Assembly (NCBI GenBank): GCA_019428815.1
Contig: JAHYJW010000003.1
Location: 20,617-84,616 of the forward strand
DNA length: 64,000 bases
DNA from: Patescibacteria group bacterium
GTDB taxonomy: Archaea; Nanobdellota; Nanobdellia; Pacearchaeales; GW2011-AR1
Reading direction: 5' to 3'
A program made the position numbers and the translations under genes. The notes under the pieces were generated by a model. It saw nothing but the letters and a program-made list of their open reading frames with translations, was not told the DNA's origin and made no database searches. Shown here piece after piece: positions 1 to 10,152 of the stretch; position 1 is the first letter of the stretch; each line of letters opens with the position of its first letter.

Positions 1-704
1 TGTCTTTTTAGTCTGTTTTCAACAAGAGTCTTTCCTATTCCATCTTGGGGTATGACGCCTTTAAACTTAAACTCTATACTTTTGTAAATATTATAAACAA
101 TCGTTGATTTCCACGAATATTCAGGAGTTAAGCTAAAAGTATAACTCTCTGTTCTATCAAATTCACTTTCATTAAAGGGTTGCCATGCGCTTTTTCTACT
201 TAATCTGAACAATACATCGTTGGCTCCAGTTAAAATAATAATTAAATCAGGTTCATAATAATCCGGAAGATATTTTAGTGCAAGAAGGTTATTTCTAAGA
301 CCGTGTCCACTCTTTCCAATATTCATTGTAATAACCTTTTTACCTTCAACAGTTTCACCTAACGCTCCCATTAGAAGATAAGGCCACGTTTCTTTATCAT
401 CCAAATACAAACATTCAGAGGTGCTTCCCCCAAGAATTAGAATCCTGTATTCATCTTCATGATCTTCAATCATATCCCCCCTGTATCCAAAACTGTTAAT
501 TGTAAAATGAGATGTCCCACTAATTCCATTAAAAATATTAGTATCGGGATTAAACACATACTGAAAATTTGGAGGCCAAACATAAGAATAATCTATTTTA
601 GAGATCTTTTTATAATTGAGATATTCAAAAAAGGTTAAACCTAAACTGACTGTAATAAAGACGATAATAAAATATACCCCCATTACTTTTATCTTATTTT
701 CCAT
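1..704 (-). CDS. SGNH/GDSL hydrolase family protein with N-terminal membrane anchor (runs off the window edge; not in the ORF track)
   Basis: Manual translation from ATG at 704 gives MENKIKVMGVYFIIVFITVSLG...NSFGYRG...RILILGGSTS...MNIGKSG...IILTGANDV, matching SGNH blocks I-III. Confidence 0.8.
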   Translation of the reverse strand, partial: MENKIKVMGVYFIIVFITVSLGLTFFEYLNYKKISKIDYSYVWPPNFQYVFNPDTNIFNGISGTSHFTINSFGYRGDMIEDHEDEYRILILGGSTSECLYLDDKETWPYLLMGALGETVEGKKVITMNIGKSGHGLRNNLLALKYLPDYYEPDLIIILTGANDVLFRLSRKSAWQPFNESEFDRTESYTFSLTPEYSWKSTIVYNIYKSIEFKFKGVIPQDGIGKTLVENRLKR

Positions 705-839
705 TTATTCTCTTATTGTAAATAATAAAAATTATATTTTAAAACTTACTGTTTAAATTTGGTTAGAAAACAAATATCAATAAACAATTTATTCTTTTTT
801 GTAGGAGATACCTGTAATTCCAGGTAAAAGTCTGATGCC

Positions 840-1589
840 CTACGATTCATCAACTATAGCTATACACTTTTTAAGGGTGTTTATCTCTAAATCATTCTCT
901 TCCGCACATTCTAACAACTTGATAAAATCTTCTTTAGAAATATCCCAAAATAAAGGATTATTTTGAACTTTGTGAAAAACAAAAATCAACAACTTGTTTC
1001 TTGCTTTTGCTTCTTTTATTCTTTCACAGACTTCTTCCATTTTAGATTCAGAATAAATTGGTTGAGCATTGTAAACATTTCCATTTGAATTAAGAATGTA
1101 ATTATCTCTTACTATTTCATAATATTTATTAGCCTCTAAGAGGGTCTCTTCACTATAATTACTAAAGGGAAATGAAAAAGAGGTAATCTCCAAACCCCTA
1201 CTTTCTAAATTTTGTTTTGATTCTTTTAACTCTCTTACAACTTCTTCTGGAGACAAACTTGTAAAAAGAGGGTGGGTTAAAGAATGGCTACCTATCTCAA
1301 AACCTTCATTTTGCATTTCTAAAATTTTATCATCCGTTAGGATAAGGTCCCCTCGCCAAGAGGTGATATTCGCAATTATGAAAAAGGTTGCTTTGTGCCC
1401 TCTTTCTTTGAGAATCATAAAAACTTCGTCGTAATGGTTTTCTACACCATCATCAAATGTTAATGCAAGACACGCATGCCCAGAATGAAGTTCTGCTGAT
1501 TTGTCAAAAGTATAAATGAAATATGGAACAAGAGGGATCATTACTATTAGAATAATAATAGGTATTAACAATACTCTCTTTTTTAACAT
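840..1589 (-). CDS. Polysaccharide deacetylase (CE4/NodB-like), N-terminal TM anchor
   Basis: LTFDDG, EIGSHSLTHP, FSFPF and FVFH motifs. Confidence 0.9.
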   Translation of the reverse strand: MLKKRVLLIPIIILIVMIPLVPYFIYTFDKSAELHSGHACLALTFDDGVENHYDEVFMILKERGHKATFFIIANITSWRGDLILTDDKILEMQNEGFEIGSHSLTHPLFTSLSPEEVVRELKESKQNLESRGLEITSFSFPFSNYSEETLLEANKYYEIVRDNYILNSNGNVYNAQPIYSESKMEEVCERIKEAKARNKLLIFVFHKVQNNPLFWDISKEDFIKLLECAEENDLEINTLKKCIAIVDES

Positions 1590-1677
1590 TTATGATTATA
1601 AAAAAGAGGTAGTTATAATCTTTGCTATTAACAAGGAGATGATTAAAAAAAGTTAAACTTTTAAATGAACTCTTGTT

Positions 1678-1851
1678 ATGAGATTTATGAAAATATTAAA
1701 ATTAATAGGTTTTTTATTTACCTCTATTATTTTTACAACAATCTTATTTTTTGTATTAAATATCAAATTTTCTTTATCTATTCCGTATGTTATTTTAATA
1801 AGTATTTCTTTAATGATGTTAGGAGGACTTATAAAAAAATGGCTAAAATAA
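1678..1851 (+). CDS. Small two-TM membrane protein (57 aa), possibly the N-terminal half of a split SxtJ-like protein
   Basis: Manual translation MRFMKILKLIGFLFTSIIFTTILFFVLNIKFSLSIPYVILISISLMMLGGLIKKWLK; overlaps the next start. Confidence 0.5.
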   Translation: MRFMKILKLIGFLFTSIIFTTILFFVLNIKFSLSIPYVILISISLMMLGGLIKKWLK

Positions 1852-2084
1852 AACAATTTTTTAACGAATTAACGGAGGGAAGTAAAATGTTCGGAGAATT
1901 AATTTCAGAAGTTGTAAATTTGGTGTTACTTTCTTTTGTTTATTTCATAGGTGTTGGTTTAACGTCCATTTTTGCAAAAATCTCTGGAAAAAGGTTTATT
2001 GATGACAAAACTACTAAAGAAAGCTACTGGGAAGAATTAAATTTAACTACTCAACCACTTAAAGAGTATTACAGACAATTTTAA
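1839..2084 (+). CDS. SxtJ-like membrane protein (C-terminal part of track ORF 1665..2084)
   Basis: AGGAGG at 1821-1826 before ATG 1839; FGELISEVVNLVLLSFVYFIGVG...SYW...YYRQF resembles the SxtJ family; abuts the carbamoyltransferase. Confidence 0.65.
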   Translation: MAKIKQFFNELTEGSKMFGELISEVVNLVLLSFVYFIGVGLTSIFAKISGKRFIDDKTTKESYWEELNLTTQPLKEYYRQF

Positions 2085-2085
2085 A

Positions 2086-3846
2086 ATGAATATACTCGGA
2101 ATCTCTTGTTACTACCATGACTCTTCAGCTGCTTTGCTCAAAGATGGGAAAATTGTTGCGGCCGCACAAGAAGAAAGATTCACAAGAAAGAAGCATGATA
2201 CTTCTTTTCCAATCAATTCAGTAGAATATTGTCTCAAAAGTCAAAATTTAACAATTAAAGACATAGATTATATTGCCTTTTATGAAAAACCTTTTTTAAA
2301 GTTTGAAAGATTATTGTATCAACATCTTCAATATTTCCCAAAAAGTTATAAAGTTTTTCTTTCAAATATTCCTTCTTGGTTTAATGAAAAATTAAGAGTA
2401 TTAAAGGCCGTTAAAAAGAAATTAAAATATAAGAAGAGTGTTCTCTTTGTAGAACATCATATGGCTCACGCCGCGGGAGCATTTTTTCCTAGTCCGTTTG
2501 AAAAGTCAGCTATAATAACAATAGATGGTGTTGGGGAATGGACCACCACTTCTTATGGAATTGGAGAAAAAAATAGAATAATCTTAAACAAACACATAAA
2601 CTTCCCAGCATCGTTGGGTTTATTATATTCTACAATAACTGCTTACTTGGGATTTAGTGTTAATAACTCTGAGTATAAAGTAATGGGATTAGCTCCATAC
2701 GGGGATATGAATAGGAAAACAAACTCTTATTATACTAAGTTAAAGAAGGTCATTGATATAAAAGAGGATGGAAGTTACAAATTAGATATGAACTATTTTA
2801 CGTATTCATACAAAAACAAAATGCCTTCTAGAAAATTATGTAATCTCCTTGAGGGGGGTATACGAAATCCAGAGGAGGAAATTACTCCAAGGCATAAAAA
2901 TATCGCAGCTGCACTCCAGTTAATTTATGAAGATGCATTCTTCAAAATTGCAAATCATGTTTACAAAGAATCTAAATGTGAAAATCTGGTTATCGCAGGA
3001 GGTTGTGCATTGAATAGTGTTGCCAATGGAAAGATTCTAAAGAATTCACACTTCAAAAAAATTTGGTCTCAACCTGATCCTGGAGATGGGGGAACAAGCA
3101 TAGGTGCATCACTTTTTGTTTGGAATGCTTTGTTGAATAAAAAAAGGGATTATGTTTTAGAAAATGCTTATTTAGGACCAGGATATTATGATGATGGAAT
3201 AAGGAACTTTCTAGAAAATAACTCAATTAAATTTTCTGAATTTAAAAATGAAAAAGAACTTATTAAGTCTGTATCAAAATTAATTTTTGAGGATAAGGTT
3301 ATTGGGTGGTTTCAGGGAAGAATGGAGTGGGGGCCAAGAGCTTTAGGAAGCAGGAGTATATTATCTAACCCCACAAACCCCAAAATGCAAGAAATCTTAA
3401 ATTTAAAAGTAAAACATAGAGAGAAATTCAGGCCATTTGCACCAGTAGTTTGTGAAGACGACGCATTAAAATATTTTGATTGTGATATCCCCATCCCAAG
3501 ACCAACAGACTTTATGTTAATGGTCTATCCGATAAAAAAAGAGTGGCATAAAAAAATTCCTTCAGTAACCCATGTTGACGGAAGTGGAAGGTTACAAACC
3601 ATAAGGAAAAAAGATAACCCTCTTTATTACAACCTAATAAAAGAATTCGGAAATTTGAGTAAGATACCTATTTTGATTAACACTTCTTTTAATATTCGGG
3701 GGGAACCAATTGTGTGTACACCAAAAGATGCTTATCGATGTATGATGGGGACAGGTATAGACTATTTAGTTATGGAAAAGTTTTTGATTAAGAGAGAAGA
3801 TAACCCAAAAGATATTTGGGATAGTGAAGCATTAGCAAAAGATTAA
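2086..3846 (+). CDS. O-carbamoyltransferase (NodU/CmcH/SxtI family)
   Basis: ILGISCYYHDSSAAL, AQEERFTRKKHD, EHHMAHA, DGVGE, EYKVMGLA, GRMEWGPRALGSRS, NTSFN motifs. Confidence 0.95.
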   Translation: MNILGISCYYHDSSAALLKDGKIVAAAQEERFTRKKHDTSFPINSVEYCLKSQNLTIKDIDYIAFYEKPFLKFERLLYQHLQYFPKSYKVFLSNIPSWFNEKLRVLKAVKKKLKYKKSVLFVEHHMAHAAGAFFPSPFEKSAIITIDGVGEWTTTSYGIGEKNRIILNKHINFPASLGLLYSTITAYLGFSVNNSEYKVMGLAPYGDMNRKTNSYYTKLKKVIDIKEDGSYKLDMNYFTYSYKNKMPSRKLCNLLEGGIRNPEEEITPRHKNIAAALQLIYEDAFFKIANHVYKESKCENLVIAGGCALNSVANGKILKNSHFKKIWSQPDPGDGGTSIGASLFVWNALLNKKRDYVLENAYLGPGYYDDGIRNFLENNSIKFSEFKNEKELIKSVSKLIFEDKVIGWFQGRMEWGPRALGSRSILSNPTNPKMQEILNLKVKHREKFRPFAPVVCEDDALKYFDCDIPIPRPTDFMLMVYPIKKEWHKKIPSVTHVDGSGRLQTIRKKDNPLYYNLIKEFGNLSKIPILINTSFNIRGEPIVCTPKDAYRCMMGTGIDYLVMEKFLIKREDNPKDIWDSEALAKD

Positions 3847-3886
3847 AATGCATCATATTTATAAATAATAAAACGATTATTTTAGA

Positions 3887-4048
3887 ATGGAAAGAAATAG
3901 AGGTTTACTTTCTGAAGTTTGGGATTTTTTAAAAGTAAGGAAAAAATGGTGGCTTTTGCCAATTATAATCTTATTAATACTGGCAGGGGCATTAATAATC
4001 TTTGGTCAAAGTAGCGCATTATCTCCTTTCATTTATGCACTTGGATAA
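3887..4048 (+). CDS. SxtK/DUF5989-like small membrane protein (53 aa; missed by the ORF track)
   Basis: MERNRGLLSEVWDFLKVRKKWWLLPIIILLILAGALIIFGQSSALSPFIYALG contains the RKKWWLLP...SPFIY signature and lies next to the carbamoyltransferase. Confidence 0.85.
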   Translation: MERNRGLLSEVWDFLKVRKKWWLLPIIILLILAGALIIFGQSSALSPFIYALG

Positions 4049-4213
4049 ACTAATTTCTTTTTCTAAATATTTTCTTATTTGATTCCTAGATTTTTAATTT
4101 AGAAGAGGAATTTATTTAAGACATTAATTAGAATTAAACAAGGGTTATCTTTTATTTTTTAATTAAACTTTATTAGAAGTCAGTTTTATAAATAAGCAGT
4201 ACTTAAACAGTTT

Positions 4214-4504
4214 ATGAAGCCTTTAAAACCTAGTCTCCGAGAAAAGAAGAGATACTTGCTCGTAGAGGGTAAAACTGAAGATATAGAAAAAGCCATTTTA
4301 GAAGGGATAGGGGTTTTAGGGATGTCTAAAATTGGGCTGAGTTTTATAAAAAGTAATAAAAATTCAGTCATTAAAGATAAAAAAAGTACTATTGTTTCTA
4401 TAAATAGAGATTCTGTTAATTTTGTAAGGGCATCTTTTGCAATTTGGCCAGAAAAAATAAATGTTAAGAAAATTAGTGGGTCAATTAAAGGTCTTGAAAA
4501 ATAA
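4214..4504 (+). CDS. rnp2: RNase P protein component Pop5/Rpp14
   Basis: LKPSLREKKRYL and ISGSIKGL motifs; usual position upstream of psmA. Confidence 0.85.
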   Translation: MKPLKPSLREKKRYLLVEGKTEDIEKAILEGIGVLGMSKIGLSFIKSNKNSVIKDKKSTIVSINRDSVNFVRASFAIWPEKINVKKISGSIKGLEK

Positions 4505-4722
4505 AGCAAAAGAGATTTAGGGAAATAAAAGGGGCTTATTTTTAAAGATTTTAAGATTATTTAACGCGGTTTAATTAAAACGGGGCCTAATTTTAACAAA
4601 TTTTCTATACCAAAAACCTTTTAAATAATTCAAATTTTAGAAATCAAGGTGAGATAAGGAAAAGTAAATTGGAGGATTAAGGAATTTTAGAGTGATTATA
4701 AATTTCTCCCAAAAAGAATACA

Positions 4723-5448
4723 ATGGAAATGTCAATGGATATGCAACATCAAGCAATGGGTTATGACAGAACAGCGACGATGTTTTCTCCTGAAGGACAC
4801 TTACTTCAAGTAGAATACGCTGAAAAAACTGTAAGGCTCGGAAGCTCAAGTATAGGAATGGTTTGTTCTGACGGAGTTTTTATACTAGCAGATAAAAGAA
4901 TAAAAGATAAACTTATAGTTCCAGATTCTGCGCATAAGATTTATGAGATAGATTCTCACATTATTTTAAGTGTTGCAGGGATTGTTTCAGATGCAAGAAT
5001 ACTCATTGAAAAAGCCCAAGTGACTGCACAACAGCACAGAATGATTTATGACTCCCCAATTGAACCAGAGTTAGTAATAAAAGAAATTTCAAATATAAAA
5101 CAACAATTCACACAGTATGGGGGAGCTAGGCCTTTTGGAGTTTCAACTATGCTTGCGGGTATGAGGGATAAGAATCCAGAATTATATACAAGTGATATTA
5201 CAGGAAACTATTTCTCTTATTATGCAAATGCTATCGGTGAAAATGATGAAAAATTAAGAGAAAAATTACGCGAGAAGCATAACCCTGCAAATGATATCAA
5301 AAAAAATGTTAAGATTGCATTAGAGATCTATAAAGAGGTTTATGGAAAAGATTTTGATATAGACAAGTTTGAGTTAGTCTATCTTAAAAAAGATGGGACA
5401 AAACTAAAAAGAATAATCAAAGAAGAATTAAAGGAGTATAGTAAGTAA
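4723..5448 (+). CDS. psmA: Proteasome alpha subunit
   Basis: GYDRTATMFSPEGHLLQVEYA, TQYGGARPFGVS. Confidence 0.97.
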   Translation: MEMSMDMQHQAMGYDRTATMFSPEGHLLQVEYAEKTVRLGSSSIGMVCSDGVFILADKRIKDKLIVPDSAHKIYEIDSHIILSVAGIVSDARILIEKAQVTAQQHRMIYDSPIEPELVIKEISNIKQQFTQYGGARPFGVSTMLAGMRDKNPELYTSDITGNYFSYYANAIGENDEKLREKLREKHNPANDIKKNVKIALEIYKEVYGKDFDIDKFELVYLKKDGTKLKRIIKEELKEYSK

Positions 5449-5497
5449 TCTAGAGGAGTTCATCATAGGTTATAAAAAACATTAATCTCGATTAAAA

Positions 5498-6181
5498 ATG
5501 ACACAAACGACTGCACGTATAAAAAGAAAAGGAAAAGACTTTGAAATTATTGTTGATTTGGATAAATCTATCGCATTTAAAAAAGGAGAATCATCTGAAA
5601 AAGATTTCCTTGAGGTAGAGGTTATTTATTCTGATTCAAAAAAGGGTTTTAAAGCTTCAGACAAGGATTTAGAAGAATCTTTTGGAACTAAAGATCCAGA
5701 AGAGATCGCAATTAAGATAATCAAAGAGGGGGAGATTCTTTTAACACAGGACTATAGAGATGAAGAAAAGGAGAAAAAGGTTAAACAAATCGTGGACTAT
5801 ATTGTGACCCATGCTATAGACCCCCAAACAGGAAATCCCCATACACCCGAAAGAATTAAAAATGCTTTAGAACAAACTCATATCAACATAAAAAATGTTC
5901 CAGTAGAAAATCAGATAAAAGAGATTGTTGAAAAAATAAACAAGCTCTTACCTATAAAACTAGAAACAAAAAGAATAAAAATAGTAATCCCCGCAGCTTA
6001 TACAGGAAAGGCTTATGGATTATTGTCTACATATAAAGAAAAAGAAAAATGGTTAAATAATGGAGATTTAGAAGTTATAGTTTCTGTACCTGCAGGAACT
6101 CAGCTGTTTTCTTTTTACGACAAGTTAAATTCATTAACCCACGGTTCTGTAATAACCGAGGAAGTAAAAGAAGAAGAATAA
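5498..6181 (+). CDS. Ribosome maturation factor SBDS/Sdo1
   Basis: ARIKRKGKDFEI, DPQTGNPHTPERI, LTHGS; gene order. Confidence 0.95.
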   Translation: MTQTTARIKRKGKDFEIIVDLDKSIAFKKGESSEKDFLEVEVIYSDSKKGFKASDKDLEESFGTKDPEEIAIKIIKEGEILLTQDYRDEEKEKKVKQIVDYIVTHAIDPQTGNPHTPERIKNALEQTHINIKNVPVENQIKEIVEKINKLLPIKLETKRIKIVIPAAYTGKAYGLLSTYKEKEKWLNNGDLEVIVSVPAGTQLFSFYDKLNSLTHGSVITEEVKEEE

Positions 6182-6228
6182 AAATTAAGAAAATTAAAAA
6201 ATAAAATAAAATAAAATAAAACTACACC

Positions 6229-6915
6229 ATGAGTGATAAAATGGAAAGACAAATTGTAATCCCCGGCGAGGTTATTGCTAAAGGTGAAAATTACCTTCCA
6301 GGGTCAGGAACTGAAAAAATAGGAGATGAAATAGTTTCAACAAAATATGGATTGGCAGAATTATCTGATAGACTAATAAAAGTAATTTCTTTATCAGGGA
6401 TATATCAACCAAGAAAAGGGAATGTTGTAATTGGGAAGGTTGAGAATATAACCTTTTATGGATGGGTTATTAGTTTAGATGCTCCTGAGACTTCCTTTTT
6501 GCCATTACAAGAAATACCAAGATATGTTAATAAAGGAGATTTAAGTGAAGTTCTCGATATCGGGGATATGATTGTCGCTAAAATTCTTGATGTTACAAGT
6601 AGAGGTATCGATTTAACAATGAAATCAAGAGGACTTGAAAAGATAAATGAAGGAATAATTGTTAAGATTAACTCAAATAAAGTTCCAAGAATAATTGGAA
6701 AAGAGGGGAGTATGATAAACCTTATTAAAAAAGGATCTGGATGTGAAATTACAGTTGGTCAAAATGGACTGATTTGGATAAAAGGAAAGAATATTGAAGA
6801 TGAGCTTCTTGTTAAAAGAGCAATAAACTTTGTATCTGAAAAGTCTTTTACTAATGGATTAACTGAAGAAGTAAAAAAATGGTTTGAAAATGAAGGTAAA
6901 CCAATTAATGAATAA
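6229..6915 (+). CDS. rrp4: Exosome RNA-binding protein Rrp4
   Basis: VIPGE, S1 domain, KH motif KVPRIIGKEGSMI, VGQNGLIWI. Confidence 0.95.
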   Translation: MSDKMERQIVIPGEVIAKGENYLPGSGTEKIGDEIVSTKYGLAELSDRLIKVISLSGIYQPRKGNVVIGKVENITFYGWVISLDAPETSFLPLQEIPRYVNKGDLSEVLDIGDMIVAKILDVTSRGIDLTMKSRGLEKINEGIIVKINSNKVPRIIGKEGSMINLIKKGSGCEITVGQNGLIWIKGKNIEDELLVKRAINFVSEKSFTNGLTEEVKKWFENEGKPINE

Positions 6916-6951
6916 ACATCTTATAAAATTAAATATATACACAAAATAAAA

Positions 6952-7647
6952 ATGACTTTTAAAAGATCAGACGGAAGGGGAATAGAAGAAATGAGGCCTA
7001 TAAAGGCAGAAGTTGGAGTTGTTCCAAATGCAGATGGGTCTGCAATTTTTTCTTTTGGTAAAACTGTTGCAATAGCTGCAGTTTATGGACCAAGAAAAAT
7101 GCATCCACAACATCAACAAGATCCTGAAAAGGGAAAACTTAGGTGTAACTATAACATGTTAAGTTTTTCTGTTGATGATAGGATTAGGCCAGGACCAAGC
7201 AGAAGAAGTACAGAGATAAGTAAGATTACAGAGTGGGCATTAGAACCTGTTCTTTTAATAGAAAAGTATCCTAACCTAGTTATTGATGTTCATATAAATA
7301 TCCTTCAAGCAGATGCGTCTACTCGATGTGCGGGAATTAATGCTGCAGCATTAGCTTTAGCTCATGCAGGTATTCCCATGAAAAATTTAGTATCTAGTGT
7401 ATCGATTGGAAAATTAGACAAACAGCTGGTTGTAGATGTAGATAAAGAGGAAGAAGATTTTGAAGAAGGTGAAGGTTCAACAGATATCCCCATAACTATG
7501 ACCCCCGAGGGGGACATAACCCATATTCAATTAGATGGTAAGATAAGCATAGAAGAATTAAAAGAAGTCGTTCAACTTGCTAAAAAATCAGTTAAAAAAA
7601 TTTATGAGGTTCAAAAAAAGGCTTTGAAAGAGTCTGTAAAATTATAA
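6952..7647 (+). CDS. rrp41: Exosome exonuclease Rrp41
   Basis: RSDGR, ADGSA, AVYGPR, GPSRRSTEIS, QADASTR. Confidence 0.95.
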   Translation: MTFKRSDGRGIEEMRPIKAEVGVVPNADGSAIFSFGKTVAIAAVYGPRKMHPQHQQDPEKGKLRCNYNMLSFSVDDRIRPGPSRRSTEISKITEWALEPVLLIEKYPNLVIDVHINILQADASTRCAGINAAALALAHAGIPMKNLVSSVSIGKLDKQLVVDVDKEEEDFEEGEGSTDIPITMTPEGDITHIQLDGKISIEELKEVVQLAKKSVKKIYEVQKKALKESVKL

Positions 7648-7655
7648 AAATTAAA

Positions 7656-8453
7656 ATGGAAACTGCAAAAGTAACTGGAGAAAGAATCAAGAGTTATCTA
7701 TCTACTGGAAAGAGATTCGATGGAAGAAAGCAAGATGAATTCAGGGATATAACTATAGAGACAGGAATATCAGAAAAAGCAGAAGGTTCTGCAAGAGTTA
7801 AAATAGGAAACACCGAGGTTATTGTTGGAGTTAAACTAAGTGTTTCAGAACCTTACCCAGATTCTCCAAATAAAGGGAATTTAATGGTTACTTCAGAATT
7901 ATTACCCTTAAGTTCAGAGAGGTTTGAAAGTGGGCCTCCAAAATTTCCCGCAATTGAACTAGGGAGATTGATAGACAGAGCAATAAGAGAAAGTAAGTTC
8001 ATAAATCTTGAAAAGTTATGTATCAAAGAAGGGGAAAAAGTCTGGTCTGTTTTTATAGACATCTATTCAATTAATTATGATGGAAATTTAATAGATGCTG
8101 CAGGAATTGGAGCGATTCTCTCTTTAAAGACTGCTTATTTACCTAAATATGATCAAGAAAATGAGAAGGTTCTTTATGGAGAACACACTGATCAAAAAAT
8201 TCCTTTATCTGAAGAGCTACCAATTGTGATAACTTCACATAAAATTGGGGGGAATATTATTGTAGATCCTACAATTGAAGAAGAGGATGTGAGTGAAACA
8301 AGAATTACCATAGGAGGGTCTGTTGAAGGAAAATTATTTTCAATACAAAAAGGTGGCATAAAAGAGATAACCGTTGAAGAGATGGATAAACTTCTTGAAA
8401 TGAATGATAATGCAAGAAAAAAAGTTTATTCGCAAATTAAAAAATATCTATAA
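7656..8453 (+). CDS. rrp42: Exosome subunit Rrp42
   Basis: RFDGRKQDEFR, AEGSARV, FESGPP, DPTIEEE. Confidence 0.95.
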   Translation: METAKVTGERIKSYLSTGKRFDGRKQDEFRDITIETGISEKAEGSARVKIGNTEVIVGVKLSVSEPYPDSPNKGNLMVTSELLPLSSERFESGPPKFPAIELGRLIDRAIRESKFINLEKLCIKEGEKVWSVFIDIYSINYDGNLIDAAGIGAILSLKTAYLPKYDQENEKVLYGEHTDQKIPLSEELPIVITSHKIGGNIIVDPTIEEEDVSETRITIGGSVEGKLFSIQKGGIKEITVEEMDKLLEMNDNARKKVYSQIKKYL

Positions 8454-8489
8454 ATTAAAAAAAAGGATTTTAGTTAAAAAATAAAAAAG

Positions 8490-8888
8490 ATGTCAGATAA
8501 AAAATTTTCTGAAATAGAAAAATTTAGTAAATATGAGGTTGCTAGAATTTTAGGAGCAAGAGCTTTACAAATTTCAATGAATTCTCCTTTACTGATTAAG
8601 ATTACTAAAGAAGATTTAGAAAGAATAAATTATGATTCTCTAAAATTAGCAGAAATTGAATTAGAATCCGGAGCTTTACCAATTTCTGTAAAAAGGCCAT
8701 TTCCTCAAAAGAAAGATGAAAAATTAAAAAGAGTAAAAGAAGAAAAAGTTAATGAAGAAAGTTTAAAAAAGAATTTTACCGAGGAGGAAGAGGAAATTGC
8801 AAAAGAAGGGGAGATTATGGAATTAGTAAATCCTACTGATGAAAATGATGAAGAAGAATCCGAAGAAGATGCTAGCGAAAGAGAATAA
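8490..8888 (+). CDS. rpoK: RNA polymerase subunit K (Rpo6) with a charged/acidic C-terminal extension
   Basis: SKYEVARILGARALQISM, LPISVKR. Confidence 0.93.
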   Translation: MSDKKFSEIEKFSKYEVARILGARALQISMNSPLLIKITKEDLERINYDSLKLAEIELESGALPISVKRPFPQKKDEKLKRVKEEKVNEESLKKNFTEEEEEIAKEGEIMELVNPTDENDEEESEEDASERE

Positions 8889-8958
8889 AAAATAATTTTA
8901 GTTTACAAAATAAATTCTTATCAATAAGATATATAAACCATTTTTTATTTTTTAATAG

Positions 8959-10152
8959 ATGGTTTTAATAAAGAAAGTTTCTGCGAAGCATATTCCTGAT
9001 TCTCGGAAAGAAAAAACAATTTTTGTTGAAATTAATACTAATGTAGGATCTTTTTCTGGGAGTTCTCCTACAGGAAAATCAACAGGAAAATATGAAGCAA
9101 AACCCTATAAAAAAAATTTAGAAAAAGATATAGAAACAATAAAAAAATTTTCAGATTATTTTTCTGATGAAATTATAGATACCTTCGATGATTTGAGGCG
9201 AGTAGAAGATATTGCAGATGGGCATTTTGGAGCGAATACGCTCTTTGCTTTAGAATCTGCAATTTTAAAAGCACTCTCAAAAGAAAAGAAAAAAGAAGTT
9301 TGGGAATTACTTAATCCCGCATTACAAAAAGAAAGAGAAAGCTTGATATTACCCCGACCTGTTGGGAATTGTATCGGGGGAGGAAAACATTCTGATTCCA
9401 AAGAGAACCCAAACAAAAGACCAGATTTTCAAGAATTCTTGCTAATTCCAAAAGAAGGGTCTATTAAGTCTGATTTTGAGGTAAATAAAAGAATAAAAAA
9501 AGAATTAGAATCCTTTCTCTCAAAAAAAGATAAACAATTTAAAAAAAAGAGAAATGATGAAGACGCTTGGGAAACTACTTTAAACGAAAAGGAAATTTTA
9601 GAACTTTTGTCCTCATTAAAAGGAAATTTTGATTTAGGTGTTGATGTTGCTGCTTCCGGTTTTTATAAAAGGAAAAAATATCAATATTACAACCCCTTAT
9701 TACAAAGGAAAAAAGAAGAACAGTTTCTTTATATCTCAAATTTAATAAAAAACTATAATGTTTTTTACATTGAAGATCCCTTTGAAGAAGAAGATTTTGA
9801 AAGTCATGCAAAACTTTTAGAAAAATTTCCTGAATCATTAATAGTAGGAGATGACTTGATAGTAACTAATTATAAAAGATTTGAAAAGGCAATAAAAACA
9901 AAAAGTGTTAATGCAATAATCGTTAAACCTAACCAAAATGGCTCTTTGATGGAAGTTAAAAGAATCTGCCAACTTGCTAAAAGTAATAATATCAAGATTG
10001 TTTTTTCTCACAGAAGTGGAGAAACAGAAGAGGGTATACTTGCAGATTTAGCTTTTGGTTTTCAAGCAGAATTTTTCAAAGCAGGGATTACGGGAAAGGA
10101 AAGAGAGATAAAAATGAAAAGATTAATTGAGATTGAGAAAAAATTAAAATAA
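8959..10152 (+). CDS. eno: Enolase (divergent)
   Basis: DSR, PTGKSTG, GAN, DFQEF, IEDPF, VGDDL, KPNQ, SHRSGETE; lies between rpoK and rps2. Confidence 0.92.
   Translation: MVLIKKVSAKHIPDSRKEKTIFVEINTNVGSFSGSSPTGKSTGKYEAKPYKKNLEKDIETIKKFSDYFSDEIIDTFDDLRRVEDIADGHFGANTLFALESAILKALSKEKKKEVWELLNPALQKERESLILPRPVGNCIGGGKHSDSKENPNKRPDFQEFLLIPKEGSIKSDFEVNKRIKKELESFLSKKDKQFKKKRNDEDAWETTLNEKEILELLSSLKGNFDLGVDVAASGFYKRKKYQYYNPLLQRKKEEQFLYISNLIKNYNVFYIEDPFEEEDFESHAKLLEKFPESLIVGDDLIVTNYKRFEKAIKTKSVNAIIVKPNQNGSLMEVKRICQLAKSNNIKIVFSHRSGETEEGILADLAFGFQAEFFKAGITGKEREIKMKRLIEIEKKLK

Noticed and set aside
1665..1838. N-terminal part of the 139-aa track ORF
   Set aside because: Implausible Y/F/N/C-rich composition; a better start with an SD lies at 1839 and another frame encodes a cleaner TM peptide
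2086..4048. Saxitoxin biosynthesis
   Set aside because: Only sxtI/J/K-like genes are present; these are widespread and no sxtA, sxtG or other core genes are seen
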